Part shown: positions 41,916 to 54,435 of the stretch, piece by piece
How positions within the stretch are numbered: the first letter of the stretch is position 1
How the letters are laid out: each line of letters begins with the position of its first letter
Origin: Chrysomallon squamiferum
Taxonomy: Eukaryota > Animalia > Mollusca
DNA length: 64,000 nucleotides
Assembly: GCA_012295275.1 (NCBI GenBank)
Contig: CM022667.1
Location: forward strand, 18,166,001 to 18,230,000
Direction: 5' to 3'
Program-made: the position numbers and the translations under genes
Notes under the pieces: generated by a model
Told to the model about the DNA's origin: nothing
Databases searched by the model: none
What the model saw: the letters and a program-made list of their open reading frames with translations, nothing else

Positions 41916-43094
41916 AAATGATGAGAGAGATAAATATGTAATTTTGAACGACACAGTTATGCAGTAAAGATGAAAGATAAATATGTAAGGATAAGAGGCA
42001 AAGGTGTGTAATGACTGATCTTACAGATATGTAACTCATGGACGGACATGTAACAAATGTCAAACAAAATGGTATCTCCCTGGACAAACAGAAAGACCCA
42101 CGTATTTACCAGGAATGTGTGAAAAGGGAATTACTCAGAATACAGCATGGTTAGAGAGATACAGAAATCTAACCAGTAAACACTTCACACTTTCTTTATC
42201 TAGAAACTTGGGAAAATTCCTACCAACTATTTGTTATGTACCTAAAATTTATAAAGGTGCCTAACAGATCAAGCAAAAGTAATACTTCTTACTTAACAAG
42301 AAGAAGTAATATTTTTAAAAAAGTATTTCTCTTCAGAATGATTCTAGTTTCAAACCACTTTATAAAGTATCAATAGATGTAACTATGAAACTATTATTTG
42401 TTACTTTGAACTTGAAAAATAAATACAAAATACTAACTAATAGAGAAAGCAACAGGAAAAAGGAAAGACTGAAATATTTTAATATTAATCTTATTTTTAA
42501 AAATATTTTTATATTTTGTATTTTCAGAAGAATAAATATTTAGCTATTCAAACAGTTAATGTTCATCAAAAGAACTTGTATTTATACACACAATGGCTTT
42601 TCCCTCCATATATCTCACATGGTCTCTCTTCCTACAATGGATAAAAATGTAAAAAGTTCTGTATCTCCTTTAACAGTAGGCTGTAACATGTATGTGTCAG
42701 ATTTTACTTCTATGCACTGTGTAGTCCAACTCCCATGCTTTACAATCAACTCATCTCCAATCTGTCTTTATGTGTGAACATCTAACATATCCACATTTCC
42801 TCAAATAAACAGTAGATGATGTGTTCTGAACGAGTTTGTTGGTTTCTGGAAGTGATGTGATGTTAAACCATATTAACTTTAGTTTGTTAATGGATATTCA
42901 AGGGTAATGTGCACAGGTGAAGATAAATGAAACATATTATAAAGTAAATGTGAAATTCTCAAACGGGGTTAAGTGTGTGACATTACAGTATTTATATATG
43001 AAGTAAAAAAAAAGAAATACAGTCAGAGAATAGATAACCTACTTGACGTGTGATCAGCTGTTCAGTGTAAACTGATTTTTTTCCCTTTCATTCA

Positions 43095-43430
43095 GTAGAG
43101 AACATGTTCTTAATATTAAAAGAAACTGAACTAGAACATGTTCTTAGAATTAAAAACAGCTATCCAGAATGTATTCTTAATAAAGAAAAACATAAAGAGA
43201 AAAATGTTCTCAGTATTATCAAACATCAGCTATATATAATATGTTAAGAAAGCTATGAACAGAACATAACGTTAGACTTTATATTAGAAAACCCTTAGTA
43301 GGACATGAATTAAAAACAACTAAATAGAATGTGTTCCTAATATTGAAAAAAAAAAAAAAAAAAAAATAGAAAAAGTTCTTAGTATTAAAGAAAACCTAAC
43401 TTAATAAAACATGTTTTTAATATTACAAAG
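43095..43430. repeat. Old degenerate tandem repeat, about 35-40 bp
   Basis: Recurrent agaacatgttcttaatattaaaa. Confidence 0.65.
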
Positions 43431-43631
43431 AAAAAACCCAAACACCACCACCCACTTCCACTTTACAGTCTGATTCTCTTGAATCTACCTGACACTTTTC
43501 AGCAGTACAGCAGAAACTACACCAACACCACTGATGAAACTGACCAACTCTTGTTACACGTTCTTAAAGCCACCCATCAAGTATACAATGTTTTATATTT
43601 TATTAATAATACCTTTTTCCTTTAATGTGTT

Positions 43632-44030
43632 TCACCTTAATTTCCTGTACAGTGTAATTAAAATAATATTACTGTCAAACATTATAAAGAAGAGGAATAT
43701 ACTGAATACATATCACCTTTATTATCTCTACAGTGTAATATACTGTATACAGATCACCTTTATTATCTGTACAGTGTAATATACTGTATACGTCACCTTT
43801 ATTATCTGTACAGTGTAATATACTGTATACAGATCACCTTTATTATCTGTACAGTGTAATATACTGTATACAGATCACCGTTATTATCTGTAGTGTAATA
43901 TACTGTACACAAATCACCTTTATTATCTGTACAGTGTAATATACTGTATATTTATATATATATATATATATCACCTTTATTATCTTTTCAGTGTAATATA
44001 CTCTCTAAATATATATATATCACCTTTATA
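43632..44030. repeat. 39-41-bp minisatellite, about 8 copies
   Basis: Unit tcacctttattatctgtacagtgtaatatactgtatacaga. Confidence 0.93.
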
Positions 44031-45288
44031 CATAACAAGCTGCAGTATGTTTAATTATATTCAATAGATAATTTGTAAAATATTTGTCAAAAGAAAAAAG
44101 CAGATATTACTAAACATTTTGTTCTCATGTGAGTAATAGTCACATAAATAGATAGATAAATGTCATTACAGATTATATCAGTTCAATTCTTGAAGTTCAA
44201 CATTCACTCATGATATAAATATTTTTAATATATACATTTTCTAGTTCATAGCATTTGTGTATCATATATAACAATTATACTGAGAAAAAATATTCAAGGA
44301 AAAAAGTAACAAAAAATATTTACATGAATCAAAATTGTTTTGTGAAATTTTCATAAAGTTATTATAATTCTGCATGTGAAATGGATACTGTCCTTGCTTT
44401 TGAATTTGTTGACAATGTGTAATGATGTAGAAGATATTCTACAAATTTCAATTATTACTGTAATATTATTATAATTATCTGAATTTTAGACATATTTTAT
44501 GAAGTGTTTTAAATTGTTTATTTAGTTCCTGAAGGTCAAACAAACTGTAATGTTTATAAAATGTTCTCATAATAACATAAATACAAGCAAATACATACAC
44601 TGTGATAGAAGAAATATGAATGTCCATGCACACACACTGATTAATTGTAAAGTCAATTTGATGTAGTATGAATATTAAAATTTTGAAATTATTTTTTTAA
44701 TATTTGTTATATTTTTGTATTCCATTGGTTCATTTTTTTTATTTTTTATTTTATTTTACGAGAAACTTTTAGGAAATAGGAATTAATTATTTGTTTATTA
44801 TTATTGTCACTTGTCTGAGTGAAACAAAAAGCTATAAACTGTCAGCAATTTAACTTTGACCAGTATATAATTAGGTCCTTACATTTTTATGACATATGAT
44901 CTGTAAACCACACTTTCTTTGAATGTGATGAAGTTTCTCTTTTTCACATCTGAAGGCTGCTGGCAATAAAAGGGTTTAGTAAAAACTGGTGTTCCTTTTC
45001 AGATTGAAATAACCTGTTTAGACCACATTTCTTATACTTAGTTAATATTTCAGTTTAGATTCTGAAAAAAGGCAGAACTGAGATGAAAAAAACATTTTGA
45101 TGTACAGCTTGTCAAATCCATGGTAATTTGTCAAACATTGTAAACCCATAGCACAACAGGTAAAAAAAGTTTATATACATTTTTGCATGCCTGTGTCTGT
45201 GTATGTGAGACATGTATGTGTGCATATGTGTCAGTCAACAGGTTTTAAAGATAAAACTAAATCAGCTAATTGATATAATTAGGACATC

Positions 45289-45320
<32 letters not shown>

Positions 45321-48300
45321 TAAAGTAAAGCAAAAATATAAAAATAATAAGGTTTCACAAATGAGTCAAAATGTTATATTTATAAAAACTTTAGTTCTCT
45401 GTCATCTATTAACTAACTTTATCATATGATTAATTTGTTTTCACTGTTAGAGTTGTGATCTCATGTATTAGGAATCTAACACAGTCTACCAATATCAAAC
45501 ACACACACACACACACACAACTATAAACACTCAGGTACATCTACACACAAATACAACCAGTACACAGGCATACATAAGTCATATTAGAGACATGAATGTG
45601 CATATGCACACACATAAATATGCACATTTACATTAACCCACTCGCATTTGTACACCTCCACATGCATACATCTGACATACAGACAGACCCACATATACAT
45701 GTACATGCATATGCTCAGACACACATATAAACAACAACAACACACACACACACACAGAAAGATACACTTATGAAATACAGTCCTAGAGAACTGCTGTAAC
45801 AGAAGTGATTTGCAACAGAAATAGAATTTATAAATAACTATAAACAGGAAAGAAAAAATAACCTCTTATTACAGGTTGTCTGACGTCAGTTTTAGCTCAG
45901 TCGTTAGCATGATCTTCACATCTCTCTTTTATCAATATGTAACACCTGAGTGTTTAATTATCATGTAATATCAATGCTAGCTGATAAATGTAGTCAGCAG
46001 AGAGATGACAAGAAATTTTCTTTTCCATATTGTCAGCAATAACATACGTTTTACATTAAATAAAAATGAACATTAAAAATATTAATTTAATAAACATAAT
46101 TGTTTTTTATTAAAAGATTTCTTTCTACCAACTAACAGAGTAGCCAGTGGTGCAATAATAAAACATTTTCTTTTTCATATCATCACTACAAAAGAAGCAA
46201 CAATATAGTTGCTATACCAAATAACATTTAATACTATCAACAATAAACTAGTCACTTAATCTTCATTACACAGTTATGTAATGCAATCAGTGTATAATAG
46301 TAAGAAATCTCATATTAATATAAATATTACATGTAGTTTGTATATACAATGTAATTAAATACCAAAAAGGTCATTTCAGAGAACTATCTAATTCATATCA
46401 TTTTTTAAAAATATATAATGATAACACAACTGACAAGCCATAAATGCATATTTTCATCCAAACAAACTGAACATTTCTTATTTTTAAAAAAGGTTCAGTC
46501 AGAAAGAACACAGAATAAATTACAATATCCATCAATGTACAGCAATTTCTTTTCATAAATCAGAATAACATAGAATTTTAAAAGTTTCTTTTTTTAAATA
46601 AAAAATAATAACAAGATCATACATTACCATTGCAAACAGAATGATAAGTCCAGTCCTGCACTGGCCCACATTAATCATTGTTTAGTGTTTAATGATTCAG
46701 GTAAATTACAATAAAAGTCATAGAAGAAGTGAGAGTGTCTGACATAGGCCCAGTAGGAGAAAACAAAAACAAAAACAAACAGAAATCAGTCAGGGTAGTA
46801 AAAGGAGGGCCTGACAGCCCACAGGTAAGTATGAACACTGTGTAACCTTCACAGGTACAGACTGTCTGGTCTGTGCACCTCTGTGGGTATACATGTACAG
46901 GTATGCCCAAACAGTCGCCCACAACTGCACATGCAGACACTACACTACTGGAGTGTGAGGAGAAGAAGCCAGCACTGTAACATACTCCGTTTACTGAATG
47001 GAAGTCACTTGTAACGCCAGGCTCACTGTATTAGTGGGTTACAACTGGCCTCGCTTGGTCCACACACTTAGCCTATGACTGATGTCTACCGCTTGGCCAA
47101 TCACACCCAATTAGAGGCAACTAAGGACACACTTAAAGAGGCTACTATACTACAACAGTCAGAGAAAAAACCTTTGTTTACAAATGTCTGCTCTCTGTAA
47201 GAAAAGCAATTCAGGCAAACCTTCCCAAGTTTCTGTTGTACAGTCTATGAACATGATTCTGTTGTAAAATTACTGTCAGACATTGAGAGGAAAGATAAAA
47301 AAAAAGATTTAAAAAATGAACAATTTGCTGTTTGGAGAAAAAACTAAAAGTTATCCTACAATTAAAACTATCACCTCTTATTAAAACTACCAACTCCTCT
47401 TTAATGACATGACATCTTTTACAGAATGAATCAAACACTTGTAATCTCATTCTAATTAAATATCTTCTTTTTCTAAATGCTTTCTGCTGAAGCACTACCT
47501 TATCATACAAATAAATAAAGTATAAAGGAGTGCAAAATGAATACCATTCTGTTTAATATTTTTAATACTTTTCTACAAAACACTACATTATCATACAAAT
47601 AAATAATGTAAAAAGAAGTATTTAGCTACACATATACTCAGAGTGGTGTTGTTTTTATACATACATTAAGTCATAAAAGTTTTTACTAGTGAACAAAAAT
47701 GTTAAAATATTATTGATGTTATCTATTACAATTTTAACCGAAATATGCCGACTACAGCTGATGGATTTTGTTTTCAGATTCGATAAGACAGATAAATATT
47801 TCTGTATTTAAACTGTCAGAAGTGGATTTCCTCACTATATTTTATTTCATAACATACTGAAAATAAGAATTATAAAACAACACTGAGGTAAATGTTATTT
47901 AATAACAGCTGCTTGAGAGATATACCTGGAGTTGATGTAAAACTGGTTTCTCTTGTAGAGATATTTATACCTCTAGAGGACAAGACAAAAATTCACTTGG
48001 TATTCATTTTTGTAAAACAGTACCTGAATACATCTGTCGGTTTACAGGTGTTAAAGAAAATTGTTTGAAACTTAATAAAGCTAATTTCTTAACAGATTTC
48101 AGATTTTTGGAAGGATTTCAAAAACAGAATACATTAGCATGTACATCTGTGCTTAATTACCTGCTTAATTATCTATCTGAAGATAACGAAGTGATTTTAT
48201 AGAAAGAAATCTAGGTAGATGTTTTGACTATCAAAAAGGAACACACTAAATAAACTATATCAAACAAATACAAAACACTATTTTTAATACTTGCAATTTT

Positions 48301-49633
48301 ATGTTTAATATATTTATTTTATGCATTAAAATTAGTGGCATTAATTGCTTGTATCACTTTCACTAAAGAACAAAAAAAAAAAATAATAATTTCAAACAAA
48401 ATTAAATTAATATATGGATTTATTATCATTTAAAAGGTAATTAATACAGCATTCTATTTTGATTAATTGCTGGTAAGATCAAATACCTGACTTCAGTTAT
48501 ATTCAAACATTCTAATCTGCAGCAGGTCTTTTTATTTACGTTTCTAAATAAATATGAATAGAATTTTTTTAAATTGCTTTCATGTAGCACTTTCTTCTTA
48601 TAAAGCAATCAATTGGCAATAACAGACCAAGTTGATATTTTAGCAAGATTAGAGATCTCCAACTAAATTGATTGAACTTATCATTTTTACTGACTTGCTT
48701 GTTTCATAGAATATAAAGAAAATGTTTATCAGTTTATTAGTGAGAAACTCCTGATCAGTTCTGAAAAGCTATTACTAATGTTTAAACTAGAGCAGGAAGA
48801 GATAACAGTTATTTGTGACTGAAAAAAAAAAAAAATTTCATTTTCTCTGGATCCATGATAACAATATAGTACTAATAATAATAATTATGGCAGTTGTAGT
48901 AACATTAACAAGTAGTAATTAAAACAGTAGTAGAAGTGATACTAATAGTTGTTGTAGTAGGAATAGTAATAGTAGCAGTAGTAGTAATACTAGTAAGATG
49001 ATGATAATGATTGTTATGCCCACATCATAAAGGTTGGCATTTCTGACAGTCATTTTCATGAATCATTGCTAATAAAGAAATTTTTTTAAAAAGTAAGTTG
49101 TTAACATATGTCCGTGTGTGTGTCTGTGCTTCTGTATAATCTATGGTTAGATTTAAGTAAAAAGGATTAAGAAACCAATAATTGTTCCTGTGTGCAAAGA
49201 TGAGTGTAGAATGTTTATTTCTGCAAAACAGACGATGTGCAATCTCTGTATTAGTACTGATTTTAGCAAAACTGTTGATCTGGAATTTATATTGTGGTTA
49301 TTATTTATCTTTCTCTTACTTCTGTTACTTCTTCTGAGAAGGGAGTAGTCCATTGTTTCTCAGGGAGAGCAGTGAGATGTGTATTATTTTGTAAGTAACA
49401 GAAGTACCAATGTTGAGTTATTTTCACTGACATTCCTAGGTAGACAAAACAGACAGGAAAATTCATGGCTGTCAGTGTACAAGTCAGGTTATGTTTCCCT
49501 ATCTTTGACTGAGTGTCAGCTAGCATATTTAAACCTTTCTTGAAGACATGTAATAGTGATAATTTTTTATAAACAAATTGCTGAAGAAATGTTCTAATTT
49601 TCACAGTTGTATAAACATCAAAAGTGTAAGCTT

Positions 49634-49634
<1 letters not shown>

Positions 49635-49671
<37 letters not shown>
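49635..49671. repeat. (AAT)n microsatellite
   Basis: Read directly; gives poly-Leu in ORF 49305..49682. Confidence 0.9.
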
Positions 49672-49675
<4 letters not shown>

Positions 49676-49959
49676 ATTTCATTTATTAAGAATTAACTTA
49701 ATTATATATAACTTTGTTTAAAAACCCTCATAATTCCTTTTTTAATTTTATTATTATTTTTTAAAAATATTTTAAGGTTGATATTTTTTTTTCAGATATC
49801 TACAAAATAAGTTTTGAGATTTTCTCAAATTTAATTTATATTATTTTAAGTTAAAAAACAACAACAACAACAAAAAAAACAACATTTATCTTCATTTCAT
49901 ATTTCATACAAATGAGATTTCTGGGGAAATAAAACCATGAAACAAAAGAAAACATCTAA

Positions 49960-50700
49960 AGGTTACAACGATTGTACCATTGCATCCACGATCGCACTGA
50001 TACATTCAGAGAAAGAAGATAGTTGTGTATCTAATGACATATGTAAACATTACCATGCAATGCAATCTGTTCTTAACACCGTGAGGGCAGACAAGTTCAA
50101 TGCACGGCTTTAGCTGGTCGCCAAAAATTGATAGGCAATACTGAAAAAAAGAAGAAAAAAAGGTGAAGACAAATAAAAGGCGAGAACCACATACAAACAA
50201 TAACAAATGCATAACTCCGTGACACTGCTTGCTAATAATCTCCCTTTGGCAGCAGCATCGGGGAAAAAGTGACTTTTTTTTTTCTTTTTTTTCTTTTTTT
50301 TTTTTTTAAGTTTTAATAAATATATACAGTAAGTATAAAAAATAAAGTTAAGTTGACCCCCTCTACCCCCGAACGATGAAGGCACAAGAACACACCCTCA
50401 TTATTCAAATGACATGTTAACGCGAAACAGTGCGAGTAATAACAAGGATTAAAGTTCAAACATCTGCGATTTGAAAAAAAGTAATTTTTGTCATTATAAC
50501 ATTGCAAACATCAAAGATGTGTAAAACTGCACACAATTGTCTGTCTAGACAGAGAAATAAACTTTAATGAAGGCTAATCATGCATGTAATAAAATATTAG
50601 ATAAAACTTTTGACATGTGAACTTTCTGTTGTTTGCCATGTGAAACTAAACGTTTATAGTAATAAAATAGTGCAATAATTCGCACACTGTCACAGTGGGT
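49960..50700 (-). promoter_or_regulatory. CpG-retaining patch: candidate promoter / 5' end of the ADAMTS gene
   Basis: CpG reappears abruptly (ccacgatcgc, ggtcgcc, aacgcgaaacagtgcgag) at the right edge of the long CpG-depleted domain and coincides with the candidate signal-peptide exon. Confidence 0.4.
50054..50212 (-). CDS. Candidate first coding (signal-peptide) exon of the ADAMTS gene
   Basis: ATG at 50212 opens MHLLLFVCGSRLLFVFTFFSSFFQYCLSIFGDQLKPCIELVCPHGVKNRLHCM and reaches a phase-0 donor ATG|GTAATG after 50054, compatible with the phase-0 start of the 22826 exon. It lies in a CpG-retaining patch. Caveat: T-rich DNA gives hydrophobic peptides by chance, and another frame (MWFSPFICLHLFFFFFS) looks equally signal-like. 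Confidence 0.3.
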
Positions 50701-51117
50701 GATAACATTAAATAAAAATTTATCAGTGAAAAAATGTTGTGAAAACACTAGTCAGAAATAGTAATGTCAGTGTTAATTGCAACCTCAGCATATTCATTAA
50801 AAACAACGGTAACTACAGCAACAACACCAACAACAGTAACAATAATAATCATGGTGATCAAGAATTTGGGGGAAAGAAATAAAAATAAAAATTAATTAAT
50901 GAAAATAAATAAATAAAATAAATAAACAGATAATTAAAAATAATAGTTATAATGCGAAGCTCAAAGCAATACAGTAGTTAATAATTGCTGTCTGTGAGAC
51001 ACAGTGAAATAAATTGATGTCTGTGTAGTTGCGTGATACAAAGAAATGAACTAAACGTCAACCAACACAGTGACTCATCTGTGACAAACACTTAGAACAT
51101 TTGTCACAAACACAAAC

Positions 51118-51223
51118 ATGTTTTTGTGTAGACTGAAATAAATACACCAAATAATTTATCACTGCCCAGCCACGTCCTAGACTGAGTCTGCTCATAATAA
51201 ATATATACTCCTCATATCAGACA
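51118..51223 (-). repeat. 106-bp dispersed repeat, copy 2 (inverted relative to 4427-4532)
   Basis: atgtttttgtgtagactgaaataaatacaccaaataatttatcactgcccagccacgtcctagactgagtctgctcataataaatatatactcctcatatcagaca; 105/106 identical to copy 1 on the opposite strand. Confidence 0.95.
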
Positions 51224-51977
51224 CTGTTTTGTTTACAAACACACACACACACACATACACTTATACATGCAAACACACACACACATACACTTATACATGC
51301 AAACACACACATACGCATATGAATAGTAATACGATCATAAATACAAGCAAACACACACAAAGAGTAACAAAAACATACATGCATACTTGTGTATATATAT
51401 ATATACAGTGTATATAACCAGCAGCATATCTTTGCTAGATATATACATGACATGTATGTATTCAGGTACAATGCTACTTGATTATATTATACATTGCAGT
51501 GTGTGTGTGTGTGTGATTTGTAAAAACTGCTTTTGACAATTTGATTAAGCAAATTAGCATTACTCAGCCAGTGTAAATTAAGTTAATTCGACTTTATTTA
51601 ACAATTAGAATGAACATTTTCATTTACTATTGAACGAAGGCTGAACTGTATAGTTTTAATAAGTAGAATCTATCTGATGAAAAAACATGAATCACAAAAT
51701 TAGTATTTTCAGCTTACATATAAGCTGAATTTGAGTGAGAAATGACTACACATACAAACTACAGGATACGTCTGTCACACAGCAGTCTAAGCCGCGAGCT
51801 CCTGACAATACATTTCAGTCGACATTTGATACTGAATGTTACTATATCACCAAAGTAAATATTGTCATCATTTCATAACACTTTTAAAAATTCATTATTG
51901 CATTTTTATTTTTTTTCACTTAAAAATTCGGTTTAAAATTTCACTTATTTTTCAGGCATAGCTTTTATACTGTATAC

Positions 51978-51980
<3 letters not shown>

Positions 51981-52012
<32 letters not shown>
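51981..52012. repeat. (TG)n microsatellite
   Basis: Perfect TG run. Confidence 0.95.
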
Positions 52013-52016
<4 letters not shown>

Positions 52017-53108
52017 TTTGTTTATATATATGTATATGTACACGTTTGATATAATTATCAGAATGAAATTAATTACAATACAAAGTAGAGGAATAATTTT
52101 ATTATACACATAAATAAATATTAAATCAAAAACAAAACCCATCAGTTTGAAATTTCAGCAGTGAAAATTATAATTGAAGAAATTTTATTATAAATGTAAA
52201 TACTGAATCAGTTTCAGTACAAATGGTCTAATAAATAATTATAAATTTGCAATTTTGTTTGTGCAAAATATTTTCCTGAGAATGTTTTTTTATGGCTTGT
52301 AAGTAATTTTCTAATTTCACTGATAGAATATTTTCACAACAGCAGGGTGTAGCTTTCTGTCATACTTGTCACTGTGCTATGAACTCAAGATATCAAAGTT
52401 GAACATTTAGCTGTTATTATTGTACACAATTACCTACAGCTTGAGGTCATGAAGAAAAACAAGTATGAACAACCTTGTAATACAAGTATAAATACCAAAT
52501 ATCAAATCTACAGCAGTTACAAAAATTATCAGATGTCTACTGTGTTCCATATATGAACGTACAACCTGACATTATAAGAATAAATAATAATGTGAAACTA
52601 ACATTAAAAAACAAACAAAACATTAAAGTTTTAGAATTACATTCTTCTCTTGTAAACTGCTACAAGAAAAGAAGTCTTGAAAGTGTTTGAAAATCTGTGG
52701 ATTATTTTCTGTATTTTCCTAGTCTGACATATACTCTATCACCAAAGCCACAGTAGATAAAAATTTATTTAATAGCTCAGTTACATAATTTCTAATTCCT
52801 TATGTTGAAGTAGTTTAAAAGAATAAGCTATATGAAAGAATAGAAACAAATAAAAGTAAAATAAAACAAAAAGAATATTAAACAGAGTGATTTTAGGCAC
52901 AGCATTTTCAAAAGTTCTCCTCCACTGATTACATAGTGACATGGTTTTTAGAACAACTGTTTAGAGAAAGTATCAAACGTTGTCAGTCCTGAGACCAGTC
53001 AGATGACACTAGCTTCCTAATACTGACATATAGTTTATACTCTACACTGAAACTTCAAAACAGAACTGCCATGTAAAGTATATCATTTGGCACTTTCAAA
53101 ATAATAAA

Positions 53109-53170
<62 letters not shown>
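53109..53170. repeat. (AAT)n microsatellite
   Basis: Perfect AAT run of about 20 units. Confidence 0.95.
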
Positions 53171-53179
<9 letters not shown>

Positions 53180-53209
53180 TAATATGTGCAAACAGGTTGA
53201 TTCAGAGCA

Positions 53210-53625
53210 TTTGGTAACTATTATAGAAAATATTATAGAAAACACATACATTATATTTTCATTAATCCATCGGTAAATATTATACAAAATATTTACACTA
53301 TATTTTCATTAGACCACTGGAATATTTTAGAGAAAGTATTGTTTTGGTGGGTTTTTTTTAGTAACCGCATCAGTAAATCTTATAGAAAATAAACATTTTC
53401 ATTAAGCCAAGGGTTAAATATTAAATATAAGTTCTTCAACCTGTTGGTAAGTGTTATAGAAAATAAAAAATTTCTTAAGCCAATCAGTAAATATTATATT
53501 GTTTATTAATCTATCAGTAAATTTTATAGAAAATATATTCTTTGCATTTTCATATGTCATCAGAGAATTTACATTTTCATTAACCATCAGCAGATATTAT
53601 AGAAAAGGTATATTTTCTTTAACAT
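53210..53625. repeat. Degenerate tandem repeat, about 35-40 bp
   Basis: Recurrent ttatagaaaatatattttcattaa.ccatcagtaaata. Confidence 0.7.
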
Positions 53626-53859
53626 ATATATTGTTTTTTGTTCACAAAGAGTCATTATAATTCAAAATGGGATCCCTCCTGGTCAAAAATCTTTTTCCTA
53701 ATCTTTCCTAATAAGTGTCCCTACTCAAAACTCTTATTGTCAAAATCTGTTCATTTCACCAGCTCTTTCAAAAAACCTACCATGAAAGAAAAAATATAAT
53801 AATAATAACAAATATATATATATAAAATAAAGACTAAAAATATAATTGCTTTTAATTTG

Positions 53860-54435
53860 CGGATATTAATTAAGCACTTTTTAATTAAAACAATATGTCT
53901 TTTACAGTTGTTTTTTCTTTGTTGCTATTCATTAATTCATATTATATATTTATTTATTTTATTTCAGACACTTTAGATATTAATTAAGCATACTTGTAAT
54001 TATAATAATCTATCCTTTACACTGATTTAACAATTAGATTTTTTAAATGTCTATTTTTTATTCATTAATTAATTTGTTTAATTTTTTTATTATTATTTTT
54101 GTCACATATATATTTTTTAAATCCAGAGCTAATGTCAATAAAAGATATTTTTCATTATAATGGTGCATTCTTTACACTGATTTAACAATTGACACTTTTT
54201 TCTTTCATAATTAATCTTTATTATTATTATTATTATTATTTACCATACTTCTTAATTATAATGATATATTTTTACATCGACTTAACAATTGGCATTTTTT
54301 ATGTATGTTTTTTTTTGTTACTGTTAATTAATCTTTTTTGTTTTTATTTATTATTATTATTTTTTAATTAAGACATTGCATCAGATAATGCTTCTAATTA
54401 AAGCGATGTCTCCTTTACCCTGATCTAACAACTTT
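53860..54435. repeat. Degenerate long-period tandem repeat (about 100-160 bp, about 5 copies)
   Basis: Recurrent taattataat...ctttacactgatttaacaatt...ttttt..attaatt blocks near 53880, 54000, 54150, 54250 and 54395. Confidence 0.7.

Noticed and set aside
40019-42087. Overlapping His/Cys-rich ORFs that look like metal-binding or zinc-finger proteins
   Set aside because: They are products of the 23-bp array cycling through the three frames.
45890-45915. TAGCTCAGTCGTTAGCA, tRNA A-box-like
   Set aside because: No B-box or cloverleaf follows; at most a SINE remnant.
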